From the NCBI GenBank assembly GCA_965223005.1, contig CBDCVK010000010.1, positions 1,536,001 to 1,600,000 of the forward strand: a stretch of DNA of 64,000 nucleotides. The letters are read 5' to 3'. The notes under the pieces are model-generated. The model did not search any database. It saw nothing but the letters and a program-made list of their open reading frames with translations, and had not been told where the DNA came from. Positions 21,745-33,058 of this stretch are shown here, piece by piece. Numbering within the stretch: the stretch's first letter is position 1; every line of letters begins with the position of its first letter. The stretch is from Terriglobia bacterium. GTDB lineage: Bacteria; Acidobacteriota; Terriglobia; JAJPHL01; JAPKYU01. A program made the translations under genes and the position numbers.

Positions 21745-22365
21745 TCATTTTCTTCCTGACACTGGCTTGCGCGACCCTGCGGCGTCCCCAACTGGGGTCC
21801 GATCGCGGTCCACAACCAGTTCGGGGTACAGGCGGCGGAACGTTTCGGCGATGTGGCAGTTCCAGCAAACCGGCCGGTGTGTAGTCAGCACCCCGGGAAT
21901 TGTCTCCGGCTGCAGATCCCGCCACTCGACTGTCACGCCCTCAAGGTCCAGCAGCGCGTGTCGTTCCAAGTTGATTTTCCCCAGGGGCTTGCCACAATAG
22001 AGGCAAGTTTTTCCCTGGTACCAGTCGGTAACAATGGTTCGCACCAGATAGTCCCTCGGGGCTGCCTCGATCTGGCTCAGGCACGCCTCACCGCAGTTGC
22101 GGAGTTCTCGTGCCGGAGCCGCCGCCAAAGTTCCGGGCCAATGGGAACAATGCTTCACTCGCAGATCCGGGCCAGAGAAGCTCGTCCAAGCGGCATGACC
22201 GGCCTCCACTTGGACTGCCGCCGGCTTCTTCGTTTCCGGACAAGTGACCACCCGGGTCCCGCGAAACTTCAGCCAGGCACTCCCCGTCGTGCGTAGCACC
22301 AGATAGATGGCACCGACGACTCCAGCGACGGCACAAAAAACGATTACATAAGTCAGCGTATCCAT
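21745..22365 (-). CDS. Membrane-anchored Cys-rich hypothetical protein
   Basis: N-terminal TM helix; TCPET, CSHWP, CGEAC, CLYC, CWNCH. Confidence 0.7.
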   Translation of the reverse strand: MDTLTYVIVFCAVAGVVGAIYLVLRTTGSAWLKFRGTRVVTCPETKKPAAVQVEAGHAAWTSFSGPDLRVKHCSHWPGTLAAAPARELRNCGEACLSQIEAAPRDYLVRTIVTDWYQGKTCLYCGKPLGKINLERHALLDLEGVTVEWRDLQPETIPGVLTTHRPVCWNCHIAETFRRLYPELVVDRDRTPVGDAAGSRKPVSGRK

Positions 22366-22962
22366 GGAATCAGCCCTCCTTTCCGGTACTCCAGGAATCG
22401 CTCCCAGTACCTGGATGGGCAATCCAAGGACCATCGGCAAGTCCCACTAGATCAGTACGAAACGAGCCCAGGTGTGTGAAAAGCCACAGTATTATGGGTC
22501 GGCAGCCGGGTAGTGGGTCAGTTTCCGGAAAGGGTGCTATCCGGCCAAGTGCGCCCCAACGAACGTGAAGGTTGACAATCGCCTAGCCCTCGAATCGAGA
22601 AGGTCAGAAATCCCCGAAGATCGGTATCCGTATACCAGTGAAGAATTCGATCAGCGCCACCAGCCGCGACATGAGGAAGATCAGGATCGAGAAATAGACA
22701 ATATCGCGGGCTGTTCTGAGCCTCTGCAACCACTTTGCTTTGGCTTCTGATGTGATCGCCATTTCCATCACCTCATCAAGCTATATGACCCTACCCATTC
22801 GCTTGCAAGCGTTTAACCAAAGTGTTGTACCTCGACGAACGCTATACTTGCCGCATGGTCTTTGAGTGAATTCCCGCACTAAAGGGTGATTGTCCTCGCC
22901 GCGAGCCAAGCTCCGGGTGGCTGAGTACTGAGCCGCAACCTCCAGAAACCTCAGGGTTCAGG

Positions 22963-23760
22963 TTAAGCAGCTAACCGGAAGGCAAGAATGAGCACGATGG
23001 CGAATACCAGCGAGTGGGCGACTTCACTCCAACCCAGGCGACGGATCGGAAATCTTCGGCCAAGATGAAAAAGAAGCATGTGAGCGCGCAAGGCGCCAGG
23101 TAGAAATGCCAGGATCACTGCCAGGGGTAACAATTCCAGTAGCGCCCAGCAGGCCAAGAACGCCAGGACCATGAGGTGGTAGAGAAGCACCGGCCACGCG
23201 AAAGCAAACCGTTCCCCCAACTCACTAAAATTCCGATGTGCGGCCACACCTCGCACGCGATACTTCACGTAAAGAACTCCGCCGAGGAAAAACAGCAGGT
23301 TCAGCAGCCAGATCTGGACCCCGGTGGCATCCAGGCGGCCCAACGCGGAAATCCATGACGCGGGCGCGGCCAGAGTCAACAGCACAACACCGACCAGTTC
23401 TGCGGCGAGGCTCCGTTTCTCTTTCCACGTCACCTGGGGAGTCCTAAGCAAACACCGCTGAAACAGATACAGCACGACGACCGCGAGCCCGATCCAGACA
23501 AGGGAGTAGCGGCGGTAGAAAACGACTAGGAGCAGTGCCGTGAAAAGTCCGGCAGAACCCAGCAGCAGGTGCGCGGGCTCGAGAAAGCTCTCCCAGCCGC
23601 CGTGCGCTTCCACCGATCCGCGCCACAGGAAGAAGCTCACCGCGCAGATGCCCGCCAGCAGGAGCGGCAGGTTCAATTCCCCGGCCAGCACCGCGGAGCA
23701 GGCAAACGGTACCAGCAGAATTCCCCACGCGCCATGCTCCGCCGGCATTCGCAGCGACAT
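22963..23760 (-). CDS. YwiC-like membrane protein
   Basis: PAEHGAW N-terminal motif, LYVK, LGWSE C-terminal motif, many TM helices. Confidence 0.8.
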   Translation of the reverse strand: MSLRMPAEHGAWGILLVPFACSAVLAGELNLPLLLAGICAVSFFLWRGSVEAHGGWESFLEPAHLLLGSAGLFTALLLVVFYRRYSLVWIGLAVVVLYLFQRCLLRTPQVTWKEKRSLAAELVGVVLLTLAAPASWISALGRLDATGVQIWLLNLLFFLGGVLYVKYRVRGVAAHRNFSELGERFAFAWPVLLYHLMVLAFLACWALLELLPLAVILAFLPGALRAHMLLFHLGRRFPIRRLGWSEVAHSLVFAIVLILAFRLAA

Positions 23761-23907
23761 CTGCTCAGAGCTCCTTGGTTCCCCCCTTACTGCCTTTGAT
23801 GGAAAAAGGGGGCGGTGGGCTTGGGCTTCCCTCCGCCCCTGGTGGGCGGCAAACCTGGGTCCTTGCCGCCCTGGGCTATGAAAGGGGTATCAGCTATGTT
23901 GGGTGAT

Positions 23908-23923
23908 AGCAATTTACGCGCCA
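23908..23923 (-). promoter_or_regulatory. Sigma54 (-24/-12) promoter upstream of the YwiC-like gene
   Basis: Minus strand TGGCGC-GTAAA-TTGCT. Confidence 0.6.
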
Positions 23924-23947
23924 AAGCACGACTCTACAAAAATCGGA

Positions 23948-24838
23948 TCAATTTGAGATGTGAACAGCCAGGACGGGACAGGGTCCCAGTTGAATCACCC
24001 GATGGCTAGTGGAACCAAATAGGGCGAGGTCTACCGCGTGGCGACCTCGCACGCCGAGAATGACCAAATCCGTTTGCGCTTCCAGGGAAAGCTGGATGAT
24101 TTCCTGATGGGGCCTACCCAGGCGTACCTTCGCTTGGATAGCGCACCAATTCCGAGGCTCTGACGGGACAAGCTCTTCGAGTCTTTGCATGGCGTCTCCC
24201 GTCGCAGACGCGAGATCCTCTGAAGCAGGAATATCTTCCAACACGTGCAGAAGGGTTAGCTCGGCGTTGTATTCCTGTGCCAGCGAGAGTGCGTAGTCCA
24301 GGCCGCGCTCAGAATGCTCGGAGAAGTCTGTGGCGAAAAGAATCTTGCGCAGGTTGATCAACGCTTGCGTGTTTTCAGGCGCTACAAATTCGTGAACGGG
24401 CTTCCGCACCACCAAAACTGGGCACTTGGCTTTCCGTAACACTTTTTCCGTCACCGATCCTAGCACCAGATGGTCAAGACCTCGACGACCGTGGGTTCCC
24501 ATGACAATCAGGTTTACATCCTGCTGCTCGGCGAACGTGAGAATATCGTCCGTCGCCGGGCCGTCGGTTACCTTGCACTCAATCTGGATTCCATTGTGTG
24601 TATGACTGTCCACAAACTTCTGGAGCTCTAACTCAGCATGGGCGCGGAGGTCACGGTATATGCCGTGCACAACATCCGTGTACGCAAACGAAGGATAGGC
24701 GAAAAACAAGGGCCGGGGCGAATGGACCAGGAGTAGTCTCGCCTTGTACTGCTGTGCAAGTGACTGCGCGTAGTCATAGGCCCGGGCTGAGAATTCCGAG
24801 AAATCCACGGGGCACAGAATGCTGTCGATTTTCAACAT
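23948..24838 (-). CDS. Tandem-domain universal stress protein
   Basis: ILCPVDFS, MGTHGRRG, GSVTEKV; second domain ILFATDFS...FGST. Confidence 0.92.
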   Translation of the reverse strand: MLKIDSILCPVDFSEFSARAYDYAQSLAQQYKARLLLVHSPRPLFFAYPSFAYTDVVHGIYRDLRAHAELELQKFVDSHTHNGIQIECKVTDGPATDDILTFAEQQDVNLIVMGTHGRRGLDHLVLGSVTEKVLRKAKCPVLVVRKPVHEFVAPENTQALINLRKILFATDFSEHSERGLDYALSLAQEYNAELTLLHVLEDIPASEDLASATGDAMQRLEELVPSEPRNWCAIQAKVRLGRPHQEIIQLSLEAQTDLVILGVRGRHAVDLALFGSTSHRVIQLGPCPVLAVHISN

Positions 24839-25016
24839 TGTTCACGACCTCCTTTCTTGAAACTCGGAGCACGTGCGCCACCAGACTTGCTCGGGCGCTA
24901 TCTGTCCGAAGGCAAAGACGTAGCTGGTTCGGACTTATTGTCGGCCTGCTGCCGTAGCGGCAAGAACCGCATCCCAGAGCGCCATTTCCCCCACGAAAAG
25001 CTGCGAAAAGGCGTGC

Positions 25017-25031
25017 GCTAAAAGAGTGCCT
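25017..25031 (-). promoter_or_regulatory. Possible sigma54 promoter for the USP gene
   Basis: Minus strand AGGCAC-TCTTT-TAGC (GG-N10-GC). Confidence 0.35.
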
Positions 25032-25085
25032 TGCTAACCAATTGGAATTGCAGGCGGATCTCACGAAACCTCATAGAGCTAAGGT

Positions 25086-25101
25086 TGGTTCGCGAATTGC
25101 T
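25086..25101 (+). promoter_or_regulatory. Sigma54 promoter upstream of the 25158 gene
   Basis: TGGTTC-GCGAA-TTGCT (GG-N10-GC). Confidence 0.5.
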
Positions 25102-25157
25102 CTACGTCCCTTGGACGCAGGAAAGCGCCGGTGCTCTGAATGGAAGGGAGAAGGAAG

Positions 25158-25544
25158 ATGGAGTTCGATAAGAGGGACATGATTGACAAGCTTAAACTGG
25201 AAATCTCGATGATCTGCGACGGCGGGTACAATCCCACGGTGAGGGAGCCGCGCAAGGAGCCGCGCATTTTTCGTGATTCTATGACTTGCCTGAAGATGCG
25301 GTTAGAAGAGAAGCAGCTACCTTGCCAACACTGCTTCCTGATCCAGTTCGTCCCACCCGAGCACCGTGACAAACCAGAACCGTGTCAATACATTCCGCTC
25401 AACAGGCGAGGCGACACCATGGCTTCACTGCAACCAGAAGGCGATCGGGACAAACTGGAGACTGCGTTGCTGAGCTGGCTCTCCGCGACTATCGCTAGAT
25501 TGCAAAAGGAGGTGGCGCAGGAGCAACCAACCCTCCAGCCATGA
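25158..25544 (+). CDS. Cys-containing hypothetical protein
   Basis: Purine-rich RBS; GGY, DSMTCL, PCQHC, PC motifs. Confidence 0.7.
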   Translation: MEFDKRDMIDKLKLEISMICDGGYNPTVREPRKEPRIFRDSMTCLKMRLEEKQLPCQHCFLIQFVPPEHRDKPEPCQYIPLNRRGDTMASLQPEGDRDKLETALLSWLSATIARLQKEVAQEQPTLQP

Positions 25545-25562
25545 CTTCTGTGGTCTTCTGCA

Positions 25563-27032
25563 CTAGCCGCCGCCCTCCGCGCTGGCTTCTTGCTCCGGTT
25601 CAGCATGCAGCAGCCCGAATTTTTTCATCTTATACCTGAGGGCATCGCGGCTGATGTCGAGCAGGCGCGCGGCGTGTGTTTGGTTGTCTCCGGACTGGCG
25701 CAGGGCGAGTTCGACCAGCGCCCGTTCCACCTCCTCCAACGAAGTGCCTGCCGCGGGAATCGACAGAGGAGGCAGTTGGCGTCCGTCCGGGAGCGGTTGC
25801 TCCCCGGCGGCCGGCGAGGCAGCATGCTCGAACGCCGTGACGCCTGCGCGCGCCTGGGCCACCGAAAAGGGCAAGTAGGACGGCCGCAAAATCGACTCTT
25901 CTTCCAGGATCATCGCTCGCTCGATGGCATTTTTCAGCTCCCGGACGTTCCCAGGCCAATCGTAATTAAGAAGCAGCCGCTTTGCCTCGTCCGTGATTCC
26001 GCGCGTGGACTTGCGGAATTTGCGGTTGTAGTGATCGACGAAGAAGTCCACGAGCGGCAAGATGTCCTCCTTCCGCTCACGCAGGGGCGGGATAAGAATG
26101 GAGATGATCGCCAGCCGATAGTAGAGGTCCTGGCGGAAGTGCCTCTCACGAATGGCCCGTTCCAGGTCGCGGTTGGAGGCAGCAATTACGCGAGCGTCCA
26201 CCTGAATGTCCCGCAGCCCGCCAACCCGCCGGATCACCTGGTCCTCCAGCACTCGCAGAAGCTTGGCTTGTAGCAACAGGGACAGCTCTCCGATCTCGTC
26301 CAGGAACAGCGTGCCCCCGTGCGCCATCTCGAACAGACCCTTTTTCATGGCCTTAGCATCGGTGAAGGCGCCCTTCTCGTGGCCGAACAACTCGGCCTCC
26401 AGCAGCGTCTCGGGGATGGCAGAGCAGTTGATGGCCACAAAAGACTTGTCCTGGCGTGCACTCTGATAGTGAATTGCCTTGGCGATCAGGTCTTTGCCGG
26501 TGCCGCTCTCTCCCTGGAGGAGGATCGTGGTCGCCTCGCTGGCGGCAACTTTACGCACAAACTTCATCAGCTCGGTCATTTTGGCCGAGGCGCCCACCAC
26601 ATCGTGGTATCCGGTTCGCCGCCGGACCTCACCGCGAAGCGATTCCACCTCGGTGCGCAACCGCGTGGCCTCCAGAGCATTCTGGATGGTGACACCCAGC
26701 TCGTCGAAGTCCAGCGGCTTGCCAATGAAGTCGTAGGCGCCCAGCTTGATGGCCGCTTTCACATCGTCCAGTTGTGGGTCTGCTGTGATCATGATGACCG
26801 CACGGGGAGCTTCGCCCGATTGCTTGAGCTGATCCAGGACCTCTAGGCCGCTCAGGTCGGGCATCCGCACATCCAACAGCACCAGGTCCGGAGTTTCGCC
26901 GCGAACAATACGCAGCGCCTCCGTCCCATTCTCAGCCTCCAAGACCTGGTAGCCTCACTCCTCGCACTTCCGCCGGAGCGACCAGCGGACCAGCTTTTCA
27001 TCGTCCACGATCAGGACTTTTTCGCCAGCCAT
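25563..27032 (-). pseudogene. Sigma54-dependent response regulator (NtrC family) with a nonsense codon
   Basis: REC start MAGEKVLIVDD, in-frame TGA at 26955-26957 (EE*GYQV), GESGTGK, GAFTDA, WPGNVRE, Fis-type HTH. Confidence 0.85.
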
Positions 27033-27045
27033 CACACCTCCTTTA

Positions 27046-28135
27046 CTATGAAACAGCCGCCCCGCCAGCTTTGCCAAACGGCAGCCACACACTGAATTCG
27101 CTGCCCTGACCTGGTGAACTGCCTACCTCGATCCGACCGCCGTGGGCCTCCACGATGTGTCTGGCCATCGACAGTCCCAGGCCGGTCCCCTGGCCTTTGG
27201 TGGTGAAGAATGGACGAAAGACGCGGTCCAAATCCTCGATCGAGATGCCACGGCCGGTGTCAGACACCCTGAGGACGGCAAAGCTGCCTTCCCGCGCCAA
27301 CGTGAGCCGCACCTCGCCAGCGTCTTCGATTGCCTGGAGGCCGTTTAACAAGAGTTTTAGCAGCACCTGTTGGATTTGTGTCTCGTCGTGCTCAACCGGC
27401 GGCAGCGCGTCTCTGCTAACTAGTTGGATGTCAACGGGCCGCGACAGCACTTGGTGGCGAGCGAGGGCCAGAGCGTGCTCAGCTGTGGCGTGAAGATCGG
27501 CCGCATGAAGATCCGGCGGCCTGGGTCGTGCGGTAGTCGAGCAGGTCGGAAATGATTTTCTTCATGTGAACGATTTCCTGCTGAACTTCTTTTAATACTT
27601 CCCGCCCGGGGCTCGACTTTGGCAGCTCCTGCCCGATGATCTCGATCACTCCGGCGATGCCTGCCAGCGGATTCCGGAGTTCGTGAGCCAGGCCAGTGGC
27701 CAGTTCGCCCAGCGTGGCCAGGTGCTCGGCGCGGGACATCTGGCTGTTGTGAAGCTGCTGAATTTGCTCGCGGGTCTGCCGCAATTCCCGCACCATCTCG
27801 TTGAAGTAGCGCCCGAGATCGCCGATTTCATCCTTCCGGTCTGCAAAGCTCACAGCCACTGTCAGGTCCCCGCCACGAAGTTGGGCAATCTTTTCTTGGA
27901 GCTCCCTCAGGGGGTGTTGAATGAGAACAGCGAGGACTACAAGCATCACCGTGCAGATTGCTACCGCGCCTGCCGCCGCCACCAGAATCACCGTTTGCCG
28001 CTCCGGACCTTCAAAGGAAAGCGTCACCCAGACAAAGACGAGCACGCCGCCTAGTAGCACCCCCGCCACGGGGAGCACGGCTTTCAACTGCCAGTTCGCA
28101 CGCCAGTCGCTCAAAGTCAAGCGCACGTGGTTCAT
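27046..28135 (-). pseudogene. HAMP-domain sensor histidine kinase, frameshifted
   Basis: 2 TM + HAMP + LAHELRNPL; one extra base near 27532 (LDY-c-ARPRPP); ATPase motifs DTGRG, FFTTK, GTGLGL in the second frame. Confidence 0.85.
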
Positions 28136-28339
28136 ATTAGCATTTGTATTTACTGGCAGCGGCAGACCTTGCCTCAGATCAACATCTACAAGGTGCGGCA
28201 TTGGCCGCATCTTTGCAGCCAGGTACTGCTCGAGGCGCCGGGGTTGCCTGCTCTTGCGGCCAGTAGCCGGCCGCCTCAGGTACGCAAGATGTCGAAATCA
28301 TCATCAATGGCGTGCCGAGCAGCACCGTCACCACGGCCG

Positions 28340-28591
28340 TGCAGTAGCCCTGCACGCCGCCACCTTCTTTCCGGTGGCGCCCGCTACGAGGTCACTCCCC
28401 TTCTCCAGGTGGAAGCCTACACGGTGGTGGACCTTGCCGGGCCCAGCATCTTTGTGATTCCCATGGCCAGCTACAGCCTGACCCCCAACACCGACATTAC
28501 CGTAGGTGGGCAGATTTTCGCCTCGTCGCTAGGCGCAGAATTCGACCAGGTGCGCAACGTTTTCTATGTGGAGCTGTTGGTCCATTTCTGA
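28340..28591 (+). pseudogene. C-terminal fragment of a probable outer-membrane beta-barrel protein
   Basis: Amphipathic strands ending FYVELLVHF*; no credible start. Confidence 0.45.
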
Positions 28592-29559
28592 CGGCGCTAA
28601 CTGTTCCATGAGACTGTAACGTGGCGCCGCCAGGCGACAGAAAGCGTAACACCTCGAGCGCCGCGTTGGCCGCCCCGTCAATTGGGTCCTGGAGCCGCTT
28701 GAGGCGGTGCATACTTTCCCGGTAGCTGTTGTCTGTAACGATCTTCTCCAGTGCGGCTGCGAGCTTCCGCCGGTTGAGATCCAGCTTCGTCAGCATGATT
28801 CCCGCCCCTTGGCGCGCAACGAGCGAGATGTTTCCGGCCTGCTCACCGTGCATCGGCACCCCGACCAGGGGTGTACCGGAATGGATGGCCGTTTGAACCG
28901 TCCCCGCCCCGCCGTGAGTGATTGCCACATCAGCTAGAGGGTTCACAAGGTGGGCCGGGACATGCGGAACCACCATTACCCGGTCAGAAGTGTTCCGCGC
29001 TCGATCACCCAGGATCGTGGTCGTTACCACCAATGCCTGTAGATCCAGGTCTGAGACAATGTCGATTACGGACTGAAGCACTTCAGGTGAGCCCGACACC
29101 CCCATTGCGCAGTAGCGCTTCGTTCGGGACGTGTTGAAGTGTTGCCGCACCGCCTCGGGAACCTCGCCGGGAAGCTTGGCAAAGCACGGTCCGCCGTAGC
29201 GGTACTTGGGCGGTCGATGGAAAAACTCCGGGCGAAGCGGCGCATAGCACTCGAGCTCCTCTGGGGAGATGCCGAGGATTTCCGGGGCGTCCATCACGAG
29301 CGTGAGGTCCCCTGCCATCATGTCGAAAAGGCTCTTGTACTGGGGCAGCCCGAGTTCCGAGGCCAGTCGGTTAAAGGGCCTGAGCCAAAACCGCGCTCGC
29401 GGCATGAACCAGTTCACGAACCAGCCCATCGGCAAGTGCCGCGTCCAGCCCAGGAGAGAAGGTACGAACACGCCCATCTTGCGGTCGAAGAAGGGGGCGG
29501 TGAACGGGCCCGGTTGCTGGACGATGATGGGAATACCCACAAGCTGGACCGAGAGATAG
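28497..29559 (-). pseudogene. 5'-truncated GT1-type glycosyltransferase
   Basis: ITHGGAGT, PMHGEQ; N-terminal region missing. Confidence 0.7.
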
Positions 29560-31263
29560 GATGCTGATTCCTGGGGCGGCGAGCCCTATAGCACGCTGAG
29601 GCTGGACACGGGCCTGGAGGGCGTCTGGGCACTTGGCGTCCACTATCGGAGCCTGGACCACTTTAGTATGCTGCCCTCGTTTGCCAACCCGCTGCTGGAT
29701 CTAGGCTCCGAGCTGAGCCAGAACGGACGGGACATGAAGCGGCGGTTGTTTGACACGCAACTGGATGTGTTCCCCAACCGGCGGGTCTCGCCGTTCTTTA
29801 ACTATTCCCGCACCGCTGGCAGCGGGCCGGGGCTAACGACGATTATCGGGTCGGGTAACGAGTATCTGGTCAACACGCGCTTCGACGACGCCGTGGACCT
29901 GTTCCGCGGCGGGACGCGCCTGAACTTCTCCCGGCTGAACCTGACGCTGGAGGCCGGTGGCAGCAGATTCCGGGATGACCAGCGCGTCTTTTACGACGAC
30001 GGTCCGAACCCGGGTAACCGGCGCACCCCGTTGCTGGGGCAGACGACACGGCTGGACCAGGGCGAGCAGAACTACCGCGCTGAAGGGAGCAGCTTCTTTA
30101 CCCGCACCGCATTCCAGTTGCAGCCCAGCTCCTGGTTAGATCTTGCCGGGCAGTTCTCTTTCACCCAGCCGTCGCTGGATCTCGCCTTTACCGAAGCGCT
30201 GGCCGGCAATTTTGTGCGCGCACCGTCGCTCGTGGCCTTCACCGATGGACGCACCAGCGCGGTGGGTGAGGCGCTGCGGCCGCACCCCTCGGGCAACCTG
30301 ACGGCGGAGGTGCGCCCTGTCTCCCGTTTGCGCATCGTGCAATCCTGGTTCAAGGACCGCTTCCACATCTCTTCCAGCAGGCTCCTCTTGCAGAATCTTA
30401 CTGGCGTAACGGGGCTGCTGGGCACGGCGCCGCCGGCGGCCCTCGAGTTCAGCGACGAAGCCTTTCGCATCTTGAGCAGCGACTACAACCGCTACCAGAC
30501 CGAAGCGCTCGTGGAGGTTCACTCCCGCGTGACGCTGCGCGGCGGCTACCGGTTGGTGTCTGCCGATGCGCTGGCCCCGGCGCCGATTCTCAGCTCTGGC
30601 GGGACACAGCAGGGCCGGCAACGCCATCACGTGGGTTTGGGTGGGGTGCGGGTCCGAGCGCGCCGGGACCTGGACCTGCACCTCGACTTGGAAGCCTCCT
30701 CCGGGGACTCGGTCTACTTCCGCACCGGGCCGCTCGATTACCGGAAGGTGAAGATTCGCGGCCGCTACAGCCCCCGTTCCTGGCTCTCGGTCAACGGCAT
30801 GTTTTCGCTGTTCAAGAACAATAACGACCAGCCGGACATTGATTTGAGCTTCCGCAGCCACGAGACCTCCTTCAGCGTGTTGTTGACTCCCCGTGAAGGC
30901 CGGCGGATCAGCCTGTCTGTGGACTACATGCATTCGGTGTTGGACTCCGACGTGTTGATCCTGCTGCCACCGTTCTTGGACCGCGACCGCTCGCTCTACT
31001 CGCAGGACGCTCACTATGCCGGCGTGTTCTGCAACCTGGCGATGGTGCGAGGGGCGCGGGTGAACTTCGGGGGTACGTTGCTCGTGAGCGACGGCAATCG
31101 CCCAGCGCGCTTCTACCAACCCCAGGCGGAATTGTTCGTCCCCCTGCGGCCCGGCGTTGACTGGACCACCGAGTGGCGTTGGTACGGTTTCAGCCAGGAG
31201 CTGTATCGCTTCGAGAATTTCACCGCTCACCTGTTTTCGTTCGGCTTTCGCCTCACTTTGTAG
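29560..31263 (+). pseudogene. 5'-truncated large outer-membrane beta-barrel (cytochrome-associated, MtrB/PioB-like)
   Basis: Frame opens at DADSWGGEPY...FANPLL with no signal peptide; amphipathic strands, ends FSFGFRLTL; precedes cytochrome genes. Confidence 0.6.
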
Positions 31264-31288
31264 GCGGCAAGAGTTCGCGGGGTGTTAG

Positions 31289-32467
31289 ATGGGGAAAGGG
31301 ATCTGGCTAGCAGGCGCCGTGGCGCTGGCCGCTCTGCAGGCCTGGCCAGCCGCGGCCCAAGGTCAGCAGGAAACGACAGTACCAGGAGACGCCCGCCGAG
31401 GCGCGCTGTTGTTCCGGGAACAACGCTGCATCGAGTGTCACTCCTTCCAGACGATTGGCGGAATTGGGGCTCCCGACCTTGCCCGCCGCAGCGCCCGTGA
31501 ATACACCCCTAACCGGCTCGCCGCCGTCATGTGGAATCATGCCCCGGCCATGTGGCGAGCCATGGCCCAAAAGGATATCGCGGTGCCGGCGCTCGGCGAG
31601 CGGGAGGCTGCTGATCTCTACGCCTACTTCTACTCGGTACGCTATTTCGACCGGCCAGGCGACGCGGCTCGCGGCAAGGCCTTGTTTGCCTCCAAACGTT
31701 GCGGCCAGTGCCATGCCTTGCGGGTCGGCCAACCCACCCTCGGGCCCGCGGTCGAGAGTTGGCAGGCTGTTTCCGACCCGGTGGCCTGGGCCCAGCAGAT
31801 GTGGAACCACGCCGAAGTCATGCTACGGAAGATGCGGCAGGCGCGGATCTCCTGGCCGGATCTGACGGCGCAGCAATGGGTGGATTTACTGGTGTACCTA
31901 CAAAACCTGCCCGAGACGCGCGGTGCAAGAGCCAACTTTGTACTTGCCAATCCGCAGGAGGGGCGAGAGATCTTTCAACAGAAAGGCTGCGGGGAGTGTC
32001 ATACGCTGGGCACGCGGGAATCGGGTAAGATCAGTTTGCTGAGGGCCAAGCAGCAGCCCGGCAGCCTGAGCGATTTCGCTGTTGCCATGTGGAACCACGC
32101 TCCACAAATGCAGCGCTGGGCACAAGCCGCCGGGAGGTCCATCCCCACCTTCGGCGGCAAGGAAATGAACCAGTTGGTGGGCTACCTGTTCTGGGTGCGC
32201 TTTTTTGAACAACAGGGAAATGCCAAGCGGGGCCGGCGCGTCTTTGTCCGCAAGAACTGTGCTGCCTGCCACGAACAGAAGACCGTTTCCGGGGCGCCAG
32301 AGCTGGCCTCCTTCCAGGGCCAGGTTTCGCCGATTTTCATTACCGCAGCACTGTGGAGACACGGACCCCAGATGGTCGTGGCGATGAAGCAGCAGGGCCA
32401 TTCCTGGCCGCAGTTTAGCGGCACAGAGATGACCGACTTGATCGCTTACCTGAATCGCGCGCCTTAG
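31289..32467 (+). CDS. Periplasmic tetraheme c-type cytochrome with four tandem domains
   Basis: Signal peptide; CIECH, CGQCH, CGECH, CAACH each followed by W(N/R)H..xM. Confidence 0.88.
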   Translation: MGKGIWLAGAVALAALQAWPAAAQGQQETTVPGDARRGALLFREQRCIECHSFQTIGGIGAPDLARRSAREYTPNRLAAVMWNHAPAMWRAMAQKDIAVPALGEREAADLYAYFYSVRYFDRPGDAARGKALFASKRCGQCHALRVGQPTLGPAVESWQAVSDPVAWAQQMWNHAEVMLRKMRQARISWPDLTAQQWVDLLVYLQNLPETRGARANFVLANPQEGREIFQQKGCGECHTLGTRESGKISLLRAKQQPGSLSDFAVAMWNHAPQMQRWAQAAGRSIPTFGGKEMNQLVGYLFWVRFFEQQGNAKRGRRVFVRKNCAACHEQKTVSGAPELASFQGQVSPIFITAALWRHGPQMVVAMKQQGHSWPQFSGTEMTDLIAYLNRAP

Positions 32468-32564
32468 CAGCCGCCGGAGCAGGACATTTTGTGCTTGCGC
32501 GCCGGGGTTTGCGGTATATCTTCCCAAAGGTTTTTGAAAGGACTTCCGTTTGGAGGTGCGACAA

Positions 32565-32897
32565 ATGAGGAGAAGGCTGACTTACGGACTCCTCTTGATC
32601 CTGGTGGCTGCGCCGCCGCTGCTTGCGGGCAAAGGTGATGCCACGGCCGGGAAAACTGTTTACAGGAAACGCTGCTCCGGCTGCCACGGCCAGACGGGCG
32701 AACCCAAGAAGGCCATGGCCAAGATGCTCAAGCTGCAGCTGCGCGCCCTCGGCTCGAAAGAGGTGCAGGCGAAGAGCGATGCCCAGCTGCGCAAGGACAT
32801 TGTTGAAGGCACAGGCAAGATGAAGCCCGTCAAGAAGCTGAGCGCCACGGACGTGGACAACGTGATTGCCTACGTGCGCACCCTGGCCAAGAAGTAG
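32565..32897 (+). CDS. Monoheme cytochrome c
   Basis: Signal peptide, CSGCHG, GKMKP axial Met; GGAGG RBS. Confidence 0.9.
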   Translation: MRRRLTYGLLLILVAAPPLLAGKGDATAGKTVYRKRCSGCHGQTGEPKKAMAKMLKLQLRALGSKEVQAKSDAQLRKDIVEGTGKMKPVKKLSATDVDNVIAYVRTLAKK

Positions 32898-33058
32898 AGC
32901 GGCCCTTCGCTTGGCTAGGTTTCCGCCGGCCCCACGCAGAGCGCGTGGGCCAGCCGCTAGATTCGGCCAGAAGCCCTTTGCCGTCTGCACCTTATAGTTA
33001 TAGTGCGCTAAAAGAATCTCGTGCGAGGCTTTTGGGCGGCATCTCTGAATTCGTGGAA

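Noticed and set aside
15085-26957. Two in-frame TGA codons as evidence of recoding or selenocysteine
   Set aside because: Context implies different original residues (Arg and Trp), TGA is a normal stop for many genes here, and neighbouring genes carry frameshifts, so decay is the simpler explanation.
32984-33011. Additional dif-like site (TCTGCACCTTA-TAGTTA-TAGTGCGCTAA)
   Set aside because: Only TAGTGC matches; the left arm does not fit the consensus.
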